In this document: positions 1 to 12,420 of the stretch, piece by piece
Layout of the letters: every line of letters begins with the position of its first letter
How positions within the stretch are numbered: the first letter of the stretch is position 1
NCBI GenBank assembly: GCA_964270895.1
Contig: OZ185440.1
DNA from: Podarcis filfolensis
Lineage: Eukaryota
Direction: 5' to 3' (one strand)
DNA length: 64,000 nucleotides
Notes under the pieces: model-generated
What the model was told of the DNA's origin: nothing
Seen by the model: only the letters and a program-made list of their open reading frames with translations
Database searches by the model: none
Program-made: the position numbers and the translations under genes

Positions 1-418
1 CTATGTGCACCCTTAATGAGGAATTTCATTATGGTTTGGATGGGGAAGTCTCATTTTTTTGTGATTCTTAGTGCCTCCCTTTCTACTCAAGTAAGTGTTT
101 CTCCTTGCCAACTTCTCTAGTGCCCTTTCCCCTGAAATGGAGACAGTGCAAGGCAAGGCTTGATGTTGTTCTGCACCCGTCTGCCCTGTAAATCTGCTGA
201 GAATACAGAAAGAAAAAAGACAGAAGAGACTGAAAGCAAAATATCGGGGCTGGAGTTTGAGGCAGAGATAGGGAAAGCAGAATAAAAGAGAGAGCCAGTG
301 TTACTGTTTCCCGCATTCTTTATTGTACTTCCATTGTCTCATTTGCTGTGTTTGTGTCATTTATCTCACTGTTCAAGGAAAAGTTTGGAAGCAAGAGAGA
401 GCGATTAGTGGTGTTTAA

Positions 419-432
419 GTTGCCATAGCAAT
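419..432. promoter_or_regulatory. RFX X-box-like motif
   Basis: GTTGCCATAGCAAT matches 13/14 of GTTGCCATAGCAAC and lies in non-repeat DNA. Motif match only. Confidence 0.35.
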
Positions 433-1010
433 ATAGTCCATATTCTTTCCCCTAAGCATGCACACACCTAGCTTAAAACCCTGTTGTAGTTCTGCATGGT
501 TTTTGTCTCTTCATTTCCATATGAAAGGGAGGTTCCTCAGCCTCCAGGCATTGCTTGCTCCTAACAATACAATAATGGGGTCCCTGATTTTAGTGCTGGC
601 CCTTGCAGCTGAACACACTGATTTGTGCAAATAAACTACAGGAGGGGAAAGCAGCCTTTATGAGTTACAACTCTCTCTCCCAATCTCTCCCTTTACTTCT
701 GCCATTTCCCTCTTACTGATCATGAGCACAGGGACTGCTGGTGAGAGCAGGACACAGAAATGTGTGGCTGCTGGATACTGGAAGAAGCTGCTTCTCTCCT
801 GGTGTGTGTGAGGGGGGAAGGTGTGGCTCCTTATTATTCTCCACACGAGTGTAGCGTACATCTGAAATCGGCGTGGGCAAAGATAATTGTGCCAGTGCTA
901 ATGTGTTGTGCAAATACGCAGTAAAAAGCTCCGAAAGGGGTTGCAATTTCAAAAGAGAAATAGAAGTCCATACTGAAAGATAAGCATCTTCCATTTTACT
1001 GATGGGATCT

Positions 1011-1090
1011 TAGAATCATCAAATAGCAGAGCTGGAAGGGACCATTAGGTTCATCTAGTCCAACCCCCTGTGATGAAGAAATCCTTTGCT
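1011..1090 (-). mobile_element. CR1-type 3' tail fragment (tRNA-SINE or CR1 end)
   Basis: TAGAATCATC..GAGCTGGAAGGGACC..GGTTCATCTAGTCCAACCCC is the reverse complement of the CR1 3' end. Same family as 1663-1799. Confidence 0.6.
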
Positions 1091-1324
1091 CAGCATAGGG
1101 CTTCACCATGAGATAAATATTCTCATGCTCTATCAGTTGAGCGAGAAAGATTCCAGGACTTTAAAGCAGCTCTGCAACCATCTTGATTTTTTATTATTTT
1201 TATTAAACCAACTCAGCTTGCCAATCTTGTTTCAGATCAAACTTTTCAGACTCAGCTGTTCTTTTTTCCTGAAGATGTGAATAATCAGTTCAACACCCCT
1301 CCTTTCACCACCTTGATGAAAGGC

Positions 1325-1398
1325 AATTATGCAAATAACCCTGTAGACACTGATTGATTGGCTAATATGACTTCAGTTAGTCACATTCCTTCCTGTCA
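1325..1398. promoter_or_regulatory. POU octamer + PBX-HOX + MEIS motif cluster
   Basis: AATTATGCAAAT (1325-1336), TGATTGAT (1351-1358) and CTGTCA (1393-1398). Motif match only. Confidence 0.3.
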
Positions 1399-1662
1399 AT
1401 GCTTCCTGTGTTCTACTTGCATATTGATCTATCTATTGTTAATCGAATAACTTTGGAAAAATATTTCTGATTATGCTTCATGTGGGATCTGACATCACAA
1501 TACTTTTTTAAAAAATAATAATCTTAAATACATTTTAATTTACTGGGTACGTTTGGTTCCTTTGATAGCTCTGTCACCTTTGTCACAGACACAAGCTGCA
1601 TGATTGTTTGAAACTCTGCATCTTTGAGGAGAAAGGCTAGATATATGATCTCTAAAGAAATA

Positions 1663-1799
1663 ATAGAATTGTAGAGATGGAAGGAACAATGAAGGTCATC
1701 TAGTCCAAACCTCTGCAATGCAGGAATATTTTGCCCAACATGGGGCCCAAACCAACAACTCTGACATTCAGAGTGTCATGTTCCACCAAGTGAGCTATT
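1663..1799 (-). mobile_element. tRNA-derived SINE with CR1-type tail
   Basis: The minus strand reads ATAGCTCACTTGGTGGAACATG (A-box-like head) through GGACTAGATGACCTTC..CTCTACAATTCTA (CR1 tail). Homologous to 31612-31750. Confidence 0.7.
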
Positions 1800-1862
1800 T
1801 ATGTTAGACTGCTGGAAGCTGAGAGTGAAGGAGAATAGATCAACTTTATTATTGCCCACATT

Positions 1863-1989
1863 GGGATAGCCAGTGTGGTGATCTCCACATATTTCCTGAC
1901 CACAGCTCTCATCACTCCTGGCCATTGACTGGGCCTAATGGAAATTGGAGTCCACCCACAACTGGAGGTGACCATGTGAGCTACACCTG
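1863..1989. mobile_element. Degenerate fold-back hAT-like MITE
   Basis: Diverged relative of the 25054-25191 family (GGGATAGCCAG...GCTACACCTG ends). Confidence 0.45.
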
Positions 1990-2544
1990 TAGCAATGAGA
2001 AAATGTATCCTCTAGAAATATTGAGGTAGATGAGCTTCATCTAAATTTCACTAAAAATTTGGTGTCATGATTTGTAATTACCTGGTTTGGTATATATATG
2101 AAATTATCTAGCTCAGAGTGTTCACCAGTCTTATGAGTTCATCTCCAACTCAGTTTGCTAAATAAGCATACTTAGAAACTTTAACAATCAGCAAACCAGA
2201 TTCCTAAAGCCAGCTGCTTCCTAGACATGGCCTCCATGACAATGATGCATTGGGTAAGGAACACCTTCTACCCAAGGATGGGACCAAGCTAAAATTCACA
2301 ATGAATGGTTGTGACTGACATCTGGACACAAATGACTTGAAGATGTTAGCTAGATCATCTCTGATGCAAGCTGGAAGATTCTGCCGTTTGGATCCAAGGA
2401 TTGTGCTTCAATTAAATATGTTCAAAATTGTAAAGTAATATCACGGAATTACAAATTATAAAGTTCAATAATCATGAAATCCAGATTAAAATATTTCACC
2501 TTTTAGCAAATTGCACACTTTATTAAAATAAGTTGTTGTTCTAT

Positions 2545-2770
2545 TCATTTCTCTCTCACCTTTCCTCCAGAAAGTTTGAGGTAGCATACATGGTTCTCTC
2601 CTTCTCAATGTTATCCTCTCAATTTTATTATCACAACAACCATGTGAGGTAGGTTAGGGTGTGAGACAGTCACTGGCCGAAGACCACCCAGTGAGCCTCA
2701 TGACTTAGTGGAGATTTGAACCCTGGTCTCCCAGGTTCTAGTCCAGTTCTCTTAACACACTACAACACAA
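2545..2770 (-). mobile_element. MIR/Ther1-like CORE-SINE (old Squam3-type)
   Basis: Contains the CORE TCACAACAACC..TGAGGTAGGTTAGG, the B-box region ATTTGAACCCTGG and the head CACTACAACAC. Confidence 0.7.
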
Positions 2771-3549
2771 TGTCTCTGTTATATTGAAAGCAGCAGATTA
2801 TGTTGAAAGCAGATTGCTGTATTCCTCCAACAGTAGAAACATGAATTCTGAGATACATTCATGAAAGCAAAGCCTTGTCTGCAAAATTGCCAGCCTCCAT
2901 TTAGACAATCTAGACATGGAATGCATTGCTTGCAGTGATTTTAAGTGTGGGGTTCAGCTGTTGTTTAAAAAATGGTTCCACATTCTTCCCAGCAGAGATG
3001 ACAGCAATCCTCCAGTCTCCCGCTTCACCAGCCCTTCAGCTGCTGCCTTCCTAAGCAAAACAGATCCTTCATTAACCATTACCCCTGGCTCGGAACATTG
3101 CTAGCCCCAACCTCAGTAATCCCATTAGTTTTTCTTTCCTGCCTGGCATTATGGCCTCTTATCAGAGGCCTTTCAGAACCCTGGATCAGAGCTGCTGTTC
3201 CCGTTCAGTGTCTCTGGGAAAGTCATGAGGCAAGCACACTGTGCTTGCTGCTGTTATTTTCTTTAATTGGAATCTCTGTTGAATCTGCTAATTAAGTTCT
3301 TTGCCTGCAACTAATATTCGGCTGTTAATTCCTCCCAGGAGTGTTCCCTGCAGCAGAGGTTGCATTGGCTGGCTTCTTGCCATAGCATCTTCAGGGCAGG
3401 AGGGGAAAGAACGAAAGAGTCCTTTTAACCACAGGAATGACTCGTGCATTGTCTCTTCTGCATCTGAGTCCTGGTGCAGTTTTGTTTTGATATTTGATGG
3501 TCTAGAATTGCCAGAAAAGGAAATACCGTAAGTCATCCATTTCTCTGAT

Positions 3550-3912
3550 AAAAGGTAAAGGTACCCCACCCGTACGGGCCAGTCGTGTCCGACTCTAGGG
3601 TTGTGCGCCCATCTCACTTAAGAGGCCGGGGGCCAGTGCTGTCCGGAGACACTTCTGGGTCACGTGGCCAGCATGACGAAGCTGCTCTGGTGAGCCGGCA
3701 CCAGCGCAGCACATGGAAACGCCGTTTACCTTCCCGCTATAAAGCGGTACCTATTTATCTACTTGCACTTAATTGTGTTTTCGAACTGCTAGGTGGGCAG
3801 GAGCAGGGACCGAAGACGGGAGCTCACCCCGCCGCGGGGATTTGAACCGCCGACCATACGATCGGCAAGTCCTAGGCACTGAGGTTTTACCCACAGCGCC
3901 ACCCGCATCCCT
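3550..3912 (-). mobile_element. Sauria SINE (Squam1), full length
   Basis: Has a tRNA-like head, GGTACCTATTTATCTACTTGCAC body and (ACCTTT)n tail. 11-bp TSD ATTTCTCTGAT at 3539-3549 and 3913-3923. Many CpGs retained. Confidence 0.95.
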
Positions 3913-4511
3913 ATTTCTCTGATGGACAGCACCTATTGCGCAGTGCCTGTGACATTACTAGCGAAGCATACCAGTGGTGAAGTTGGGAGTGGGAGCAACT
4001 CAGCTAAGGCTTAGTCCTAGCATGTATGGAAAGGGGCGATACAAAGAAAGGGTTCTGCTGTTGTCACATTGGATGGCCATTACATACTCTTTTTTCTTCT
4101 GCTCTTTGGCTACCCTGCCTTCCTCCATTCCACAAGGCCTGTAGGGTGAAGGAAGCTTCAGGGGAATCAGTCATGTGCATCTCCAGTTTGGTCACCCTCC
4201 GCTGCGGTCCATGACTCCTCCATGCACATCTGTGGGCTACACAGGTGGCAAACCAAGTAAAAATGCTCTTACTTTTTCTCAGAAAGAAAGAGCGAGCAAG
4301 AGATTCTGGATTTACTAAGGAAAAAATATTGCTGTCAGCCAGTCCAAATTTCTGGCTTCTGCACATAAATTCCTGGCAACTGGCCCAGAGTTCTGTTTTG
4401 TGCTGAACTGTTCCTGTTCTTGTTTTGTTTTCTTACTAGTCGACGGGCAATCCTAGTTTCTTACTGTGCTGCAGACTCCCAGTGGAAACTAATTTATAAT
4501 ACTTCAGTGTC

Positions 4512-4682
4512 AGGGGCAATATGCTTCTATGTAGCAGTTGCTAGGAATCACAAGTGGGGAGAGCACTGCTGGACTCAGGTGCTGCTTGGAGGCTTCCTCC
4601 AGGCACCTGGTAGGCCACTGTGAGAACAGGATGGAGGATTAGATGGGCATTTGGCCTGATCCACAGTTGGGCTTTTCTTATG
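4512..4682 (+). mobile_element. CR1 LINE 3' UTR fragment
   Basis: GGCCACTGTGAGAACAGGATG..AGATGGGC..TGGCCTGATCC..CTTTTCTTATG, shared with other copies in the window. Confidence 0.65.
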
Positions 4683-5394
4683 CAACTGCAAGACACATTT
4701 CCTGAATGTGTGTGTGTGCTAAAGAGATTAAATCAGGTGCATTGATGATGAAATCCTGAGAACTGCATAGACACGGGTAGGCTAGAAGCTAATGACAACG
4801 ACAAGCAAACAGCTTAGCTTTGCACCCCCAAAGTCCTTCCTTGACATAGCATCTCTGTGTTAATTGTCCTGGGGCAGAGAGGCCCCCACCAGTTGCTCTT
4901 AGACTTGGCACAGGCATTGGGCTCAGGTGTTGAATGACATATACGGCAACCCCCCTACGTGTCTTATCTGACATATGGAGCCCAGTGAGACTAATTCCAA
5001 GATAAGCAGGGTATAGGATTGCAACCTTTATTTTTTTAAAGGTGAAGTACCACTTAGCCTTCCTTTGCAATTGTTTTCCAAGAAACGACAAGCCCACTGT
5101 CCCATTCCTCTCGGGAAAACTATGAAAAATGAGGCAACTTCCGAAGTGAGCAGGGGAAGCTGGCAGAGCAGCAGGATCCCCTTGCCAGCTTTTGGAGAGA
5201 TTTAAATGGCATTTAATTAGCTGCATTCAGGTGGCCACAATGGTTTTTTTTTTCCCCATACAGCAGCAGCAAGGAAGAATTGCAGTTCCTGGCATTTGTT
5301 AATTAAAGCAGCTCTTGACAGAGACTAATGACTTCTTAATGAGTCTGTTGTCTTAATGTCTTATTAAGTTTTGACTCTTCTCTTTCCTTCCCTG

Positions 5395-5405
5395 GCCGCC
5401 ATTTT
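5395..5405 (-). promoter_or_regulatory. YY1 consensus site
   Basis: GCCGCCATTTT (reverse complement AAAATGGCGGC) with the CpG retained, in unique DNA. Confidence 0.3.
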
Positions 5406-6177
5406 CTTGGGAACTTTGCAAGTCATGAATTATTGATATTCCCCCTCCCACTTTTCCCCTCCAATGTTTTTTCTCATGTACCTCCTTGATTTTGTGGCTT
5501 CCTTCTTTAAAAAGGAGATCCAACCAAGCTAAAATAATCAGCTGGATTATAGCCAGGATAAGGAGCACAGTAATAAGGAGCTTAGTCCTTCCCCTAAAGC
5601 AATTTATATGACAATTTATATGATGGAAGTTTGGGTGCAAGTTAGCTTGCAGAAGAGGGATTTGCACGGGTCAAGACAGATAGAGTTAAGAACCTCCAGA
5701 TTCCCAGAATATCCTTGTAACTTTAAACTCTTGAGCTGACCTCTCTCTCTGAGGTTTAGACTGATATTCACAGGTTGCATCTTGTTTTACAACGTCCCTC
5801 TCCTTCTCACACTTCTCCCTCAGTCCTCAAGATGCAAAGTCACCTTGGAGATATCGTTTTAGAGAATAAAGGAGCAAACATGACTGACTTTGTTATTTTC
5901 CAGACTAGTTGGACTAGAATGAGAAACTTCTATCCAAATTATGTACTCACTACAATGAATTACTTTATTATTTTCTTACCGACAAGCATCTGTGTCTGTG
6001 ACTGCAACAAATGAAGATTCAAGAATCTTAACCAAGATTCACTTGCCAAACACTGCTCACACTCCATACGAAAGGGTTTCAATAGGTAATTGATCCAGTT
6101 AATCCCCAAAACAGTTCATACAAGTAGGGAAAGGGTTTTGGAAAGGTAAGAATGAGGGTTGCTCCTTTGGCTTGGAA

Positions 6178-6360
6178 TAAGAACAGAAGAACATGAGGTC
6201 AATGGGCCATTTAGTTCAACATTCTGTTCTTGCAATGACCAACCAGATGCCTATGGGAAACCCACAAGCAGGACCTGCAAGCACAAGCGCCCTGGTATTC
6301 AGAAGCATTGCTGCCTCCAACTGTGGAGGCCGAACATAACCATCATGTCTAGTAGCCCTT
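6178..6360 (-). mobile_element. CR1 LINE 3' UTR fragment
   Basis: TAAGAACA..CCAGATGCCTATGGGAAACCCACAAGCAGGACC..GGTATTCAGAAGCATTGCTGCCTCC. Confidence 0.7.
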
Positions 6361-6719
6361 TCCTCCATGCACCAGAAGATATCCTACCAGAAGATATGAC
6401 CTATCTGATTGATGTGAACAATGGAATGGGGTCCTAAATGCCGCATCTACACTTCCCTGGCCAGTGGATATGGTTATGACATGAAGCCTGCCCATGAGGC
6501 TGGTGAGGCAGCCACCTTGGGCATTGAATGCCCAAGAGGCAGCATCCCTGTGGGCACCTCACCCATCCCACCACTGTCAGAGAAGCAGCACTGGCTTCCA
6601 GCAAGATCTTGTGAGAAAGCTGTAGAACCCTGATAACATGCCCTCCCTTTGAGGTGGTATCTGTGTGAGAGATGTTTCCACAACAGTAACTTCAGTCTGA
6701 ACTATAAACTCATTGGGTT

Positions 6720-6827
6720 GTTGTATCCAGTACTAGTTCTACTAGATCCACTGAAATTAATGAACACAATTAACTTAGGCCCATTAATTTCAATGGGTCT
6801 ATTCTGAGGAGTAGCATTGGATGCAAC
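6720..6827. mobile_element. Short palindromic MITE
   Basis: Terminal GTTGTATCCA/TGGATGCAAC and internal TAGATCCACTGAAATTAATG/CATTAATTTCAATGGGTCTA inverted repeats. Confidence 0.6.
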
Positions 6828-9800
6828 TCTTCATTGCTACTCAAGCAACATGATACATGGAATCACTGCTATTCTTTCACCAAAATGCTCAGGAGGCAGG
6901 GAACTCAGAAGCAAGTGGCTCTAGTGCCTGTGGATAGCAATTACTGTTAAATCCCGCCCATCTTTTTATATGTTCCACTTTCCCAGAGCCTAGAGCAGTT
7001 CCAGTTCAACAAAAAAGGTTGCAAGGCAGAAAGCATCCACTGCTGGCCAAAAAGAAATACATGTCCAAGCATGGCTTTGGAGAACACTTGGGTTTAGAGA
7101 TGCAACACATCTCACTATTCTGGGGAAGAGTGTGTTTCTGCTCAGTCTGCTGTCCAGGTGCTAACTGTTAATGGAGAACTTGGAGCTTTCTGTTCTCCCT
7201 TCTTATGCTTCTTTATATTTTAACTGGTCTTTGACTGGACAACCCTTCAGACAGACAGAGACGTGGCCACTGTACTGGAAAACCAACTCAAGAGCAATGT
7301 TTTCTCTTTGGGTCTCCCTGGTGGTTCCTGCAACCCTTTTTCCATTGTACCCTACTACTCCTCTCTTTAACTTCATATTTATTCAGGAACGGTCCCATTT
7401 TTTCTCGCCGATATTTCAGCTGGCTGTCTCAAGCATTTGTTGTTTGTGTTCCCCTGGAAGCATTATTTATATTTGCAATAACTCATAACTGCAGCAAAAT
7501 GATATAAAGAGAGAGAGAAAATAGGCATGGTCCAGAAGCAAAACAATTTTGTTGCAGCCGTGCTGAACTTTTACCAGGTTCAAACCCAAATATGGTTAAG
7601 AGAAGGAATATCTCATTATCTTGTTTGCTCTGAGGACAATTCATGCTTCAAAAGCCAGGCAGAGTACCGACAGCAACCTCCCTGGGTTAATTGAGTGTAG
7701 TGTTGCCACAGAAATGCCACCGCAAGCTAAATCCAAAGCAGTTGTGAAGGTTCCTCTTTAGATGGAGCATTTAAAGAAAAGTCAGTTGGAGCCAATATGG
7801 TCCTATTGATAAAACTAACAGAAATTCTCAGGAGGGAGACAGGGATGTTCTGCATGCCCTTAAGGTATCAATGGAATTAAATAAAGGAAAAGTTGAAGTG
7901 AATCTGTTCAGGCTCTTTCTTTGGTAAACTCTCCAGAGATTTTGAGGGAATTGTTTTGAATTTACTGGAAACTGTTTCAAGAAAATTAGCAAAAATTATC
8001 AGTAAGGTCACACCCACACTATACATGTAATGCACTATCATACCACTTTAACAGTTCTGGAGAATGCTGGGTATTGCAGTATGTTAAGGCTGATGGAAGC
8101 TGAAGCTCTGTGAGGTCAGCATCCTTAACAAACTACAGTTTCCATCAAGGCTTGATAATCATCAAGGCTTCATACATGCCTAATTGAGGAGGACCCTTTC
8201 CTATGGAATGCTCAGACCTTGGAGTTTGCAGCATTTTCAAGACCTGTGAAAATATTACAATGAACACATGCAGAAGATGGAGTGAGTTTGTATCTGCTGA
8301 CCATGCCTCTCCTGTACATTCAGCAAAACTTCTGATAGGGCCTACAGGCATGCCAACTGTATGTCAGTAAGCACTGTCTCCATGATCATGAGCTCTAGAA
8401 AGAGGAGAGGGCAAGGCTGGTGGCCTCCATTCTCCTCTGTGTGCATGCACTGGAACATACAATCCAAGCGATGTTCCCATTGCAAGTGTTGTCATTGTAG
8501 AGAAATCACACTTTTCCAGCACTCACATTGTTGGGAAATGACAAAATGAAATGCTTCCTAGAGGAAGGCATAGAAATACATAAATACATCTTTTCTAGAG
8601 CTGTGCATTTGTCTTCGATGAGGAAGCCCACGAAAGTACCCCTGCTTCAGAGCTACTCAGACCACTTTGGCATTCAGGGTTGTTTTGGAACAACTTTAGG
8701 GCCTCAGGAGAGCTTCTAAATTGGTTTTTTTCTGATTCAGTCTTGTAACCTTTCCCCAGGTACAGAGGAGAGGGGTTCTAGCTTCCAACCAGATAATGAT
8801 TCTCCTTTCACTTCCAGTCACCATGCTTTGGGGAGTGAAATACAAAGAACATATTTCAGAAGCTGTTTCCATTTCTGTGATTTTTGATGCAGATTGATTA
8901 GGAAACAAAATAATCATTCTTAACATCTCAGATACTGTTTTTCGGTCATGCCTCCCTAATCCCTACACCTATCCTTGTGACATTTTGCAGATAACAAACA
9001 ATTATACTTTCATGTAAATGATGTTCCAACAAATTGCCTACAAAACCATAAGAAAGCACATCAAACTTTAACACTGAATTATAATGACACCTGGCATAAC
9101 CTCCCCAGGGGCGTAGCTAGCTCCTCCAGTACCTGGTGGGGTGGGGTGGAGCGACCAGCCCACAAGGCCACCACCGCGATCCTAACACAGGGCGGGGGCC
9201 ACCGATGCAATTTCTCCTTTATCTAGAAGATTGAGTGTCCTCAAGAAAAGGTTAGATAGCAAATGAGTTCTCTCCATACACATGGGCCAAAAGATAGTTG
9301 GAGGTTTCCTCAGCTTTTTATGAGGCATCACCAGTTTGTTGCTCAAATATTCACCACAGACATCATGCCATAATACTTCCTGTGATGGCTTCTCTTTCCT
9401 ACTATCTCTTCCTTTCAATAATTGGGTACAAGACTTGATTTTTAACATTTTTTTACAAGGGTAGATGTCATCATCTCAAGATTACAGCCACTTATTACAC
9501 CCCTAATTTCAGCTTTGCCTGAAGCAATATGGGCAGTGCAAATTTCAGAAAAAGTACCTTACATTTTACAAAGTGACTCTTATTTGCAGTCATTATATCG
9601 GGGAAGGTTTAATTTCACAGGCATTAAAATTCAGTCAAACTGGAAAATAATCTATCATCTTCCACCAACTTCAAAGCAAGGGACCAGGTGCTGTAGAAGG
9701 AAGCCAGTTTTCTGAAGTCCCAGGTCAGATAAAAAGATATTGCATCACTGGGCTGTCCCCCCTACCTGCCTTTGGCAGATACGTTAGGAGGCCCTGCAGT

Positions 9801-10034
9801 GTAAGAGCAGAAAGTATGACAGTTCCTTCATCTTTAACTGCTTAACCAGAGAGCTGTTGAAGACGGTGGTATGCTCTTGTTGTTAAATGGCAAAGAGCAC
9901 AGCGTGAAGTAGCAGCTCTTGCCCACAAGCAGATGCAACAGTGTTCCACTATAGGTCACAAAGGTCTGTGGATGCTCAAGCACATTTACATCCTTTCCAC
10001 TGCCTTTCCTGTTCATAACTTGACCTTTCTGCAA

Positions 10035-10190
10035 GGAGTTCAGGGCCGTGTACGTGGCTCCCCTCATCCCTGTTTTTATCATGACATAAACCCTAAAAGG
10101 GGTTGAGTGATCGGCCCATGGCCACCCAGTGAACTTTATGGACAAGTGGTAATTAAATTCTAAGCCTTCCAGTCTAGGTATATTGGCTCT
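10035..10190 (-). mobile_element. Old MIR-like CORE-SINE fragment
   Basis: Degenerate similarity to 2545-2770 (CCCATGGCCACCCAGTGAACTTTATGG). Confidence 0.5.
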
Positions 10191-11173
10191 CATCCTCTCC
10201 TCTAATTTTAGCCACTCCTAGTTGCCAATGTGGTAGCCATTTTAAAACAAGAACACAGTGCACCTGGGAATGAAGTGAGCATCATGACATGGTGTGTTGG
10301 GGTATTTTGAAAGATTCCCTACATGAAACCCTAGAGAGCTGCTACCAGTTAGTATAGATCATGGGTGGGGAATCTCCAGTTTGATCCCAATTTGGCCCAC
10401 AATGACATTTCCCCCAAACCACACCTATGTGCCCTGCACCTGACATCATCTGTAGATTCAAAGGAACAACTGTGAGTTCAAAATCACCTTCCAATTTTTT
10501 AAATAATAGGGTTGGAAAGGAATATCCATGCTCAGGTTCCATCCTGCCCTCACTTTCCAGAAAGCACTGCTGCTGCCACAGGGTTTCTGCTCTTGTGACC
10601 TAGCTTGATAACTGCAGGAGAGCCGTGGTTGGTTCCAGTTGCTGACCCCAACCTAGACTCCATGCATACCCACTATCTCCAATTATCTCAATAAGGTCAG
10701 TGAATCTTGATTAAATAGCTTATTCACACTGGGAACCTGCAGTTGATTTGTGGGTGTGTGAGTTTCCTAATGCAGCCCTCTTGTCATAACACAGGCTGCC
10801 AAACTGCATCTGTTGAACCATTTTACTTTCTGGCTATGGGCTTAATAAAGACTGACAGAGTCTGCAGTTCCAGGTAATTCCATTGTCAGTTTCCACAGCC
10901 TATCACACCTAGTTAAACAACGGCAGAGAGAAAGGCAAGGATGGAGGGAAGGTGGGGGGAGTCAGGTGGAACTCGGGCTGCCAGAGCCCATCTGTTGAAT
11001 TAGCCATGCTCAGGCACCTGATACCACTGCCTAGAGCACCTCTGCAGTCTCTGACAGGGGCTGGAAGGAGGTCACTAACGCAGGCCCAAGAAAAAGACCA
11101 GATCAGCCTGCTGCTCCCAAGGAAATAAACACATTGTGGAATGATGAATGATCCAATCAAGATTGATGGGGCG

Positions 11174-11188
11174 AGTGCCCTCTGGTTG
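11174..11188 (-). promoter_or_regulatory. CTCF core motif candidate
   Basis: The minus strand CAACCAGAGGGCACT matches 14/15 of CCASYAGRKGGCRSY. Confidence 0.4.
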
Positions 11189-11399
11189 TGCTTCTTTGCA
11201 CGGATGCTGTCAACTCGGGGCAGCCACCTTTTTCCTTACAGAGGCTTGGAGTCTTTAACCATCTGCATAATAGGCAGGAAGAAGTGCAGCTTTTCATTCT
11301 ATGGCTATGCAACGATGGAGGAGAAAGCGGCTGACTAGATTTCTGGCTGTCCCAGAGCCCATATCCAGAAACGCTGGTATTTGTTGCCACATGTGATAA

Positions 11400-11476
11400 T
11401 GCTGTATTGTTTTTAACACTTGATTGGGAGCCGCCCAGAGTGGCTGGGTAAACTCAGTCAGATGGGCGGGGTATAA

Positions 11477-11519
<43 letters not shown>
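11400..11519 (+). mobile_element. L2 LINE 3' end with (TTA)14 tail
   Basis: GGGAGCCGCCCAGAGTGGCTGGG..CCAGATGGGCGGGGTATAAA-type terminus followed by (TTA)14 at 11478-11519. Confidence 0.8.
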
Positions 11520-11520
<1 letters not shown>

Positions 11521-12345
11521 TGTTCATGTCCCCTTGTTTATTTGGCTAGCATGGTGAATAGCATTGGGGTCTCTTTTTAGTCACATGGAATTAGAAAGGC
11601 AAATGTATGACCAAAATCAATTTGGGTGCTGTGAAGAGTCAGTGTTCATGACATGACACTAGCCTAGGATGGCCATACTGGGCTCCCATATCTTTAAGAG
11701 CTGTATAGAAGAGAAGCTTTTGGTAGGTAGATTCCACCTTCTGTACAATTATTAAGGATACAGAAGCCTTATCCTCCTTTGCATCTGATCACTTTGGGTG
11801 TGTTCATATTGCAGCCTTAGAATGCAGTGAAGTTGTTCCAACCAACCCAGTGCATTTCACAGCTCTTTCCCCCTATCAGCACAGCTCCATCAGTGTGAGA
11901 TTCATTTCTGTTTGTGTACACACTGGGAGGCATTTGGGATGTCTTTGCCCTATGCAAAGCTGTTCACACCTTGGCTAGAGATGAATTAGGAATGGCTTAA
12001 GGACTCTAATCAGTGTGAAGCTGGTTTGAGAAACGATGCATCAAACTATAGTAATTTATAGTGAAGCACAGGATACATATGCCTTTTGGATAATGTTGTG
12101 TAAAAACCCTGGGAATCCCGTGAGTGCACAATAAATAGGAATGTGAACACAGCCTTAGATGAGGCTTTTCTTTTCTTTTTGGGAGGGTGTGTGTAAAATT
12201 ATAGAATGTGGAGAACAAAAGCTGGTACCAAAATGGGGACAGGCTCCAACACTGAAGTTTCCTCTCTGCGTTTCTTCTGATTTTCCTTAGAGCCAGGGTT
12301 GTCGTGAAGACTCAGCACTCATCTTTTTCTGAAATTGCACAGCAA

Positions 12346-12420
12346 TAAGAACATAAGAAAAGCCCTGAAGGATCAGGCCAGGAGCTCATCTAGGCCAGCA
12401 TCACATCCTCGCAGTGGATG
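12346..12420 (-). mobile_element. CR1 3' terminal fragment
   Basis: AATAAGAACATAAGAAAAGCCCTG..GGATCAGGCC..CATCTAGGCCAGCATC. Confidence 0.55.

Noticed and set aside
72-90. 19-nt and 22-nt (3506-3527) AG..GTAAGT mini-exon candidates
   Set aside because: They are not multiples of 3, and such signals are expected by chance in 64 kb.
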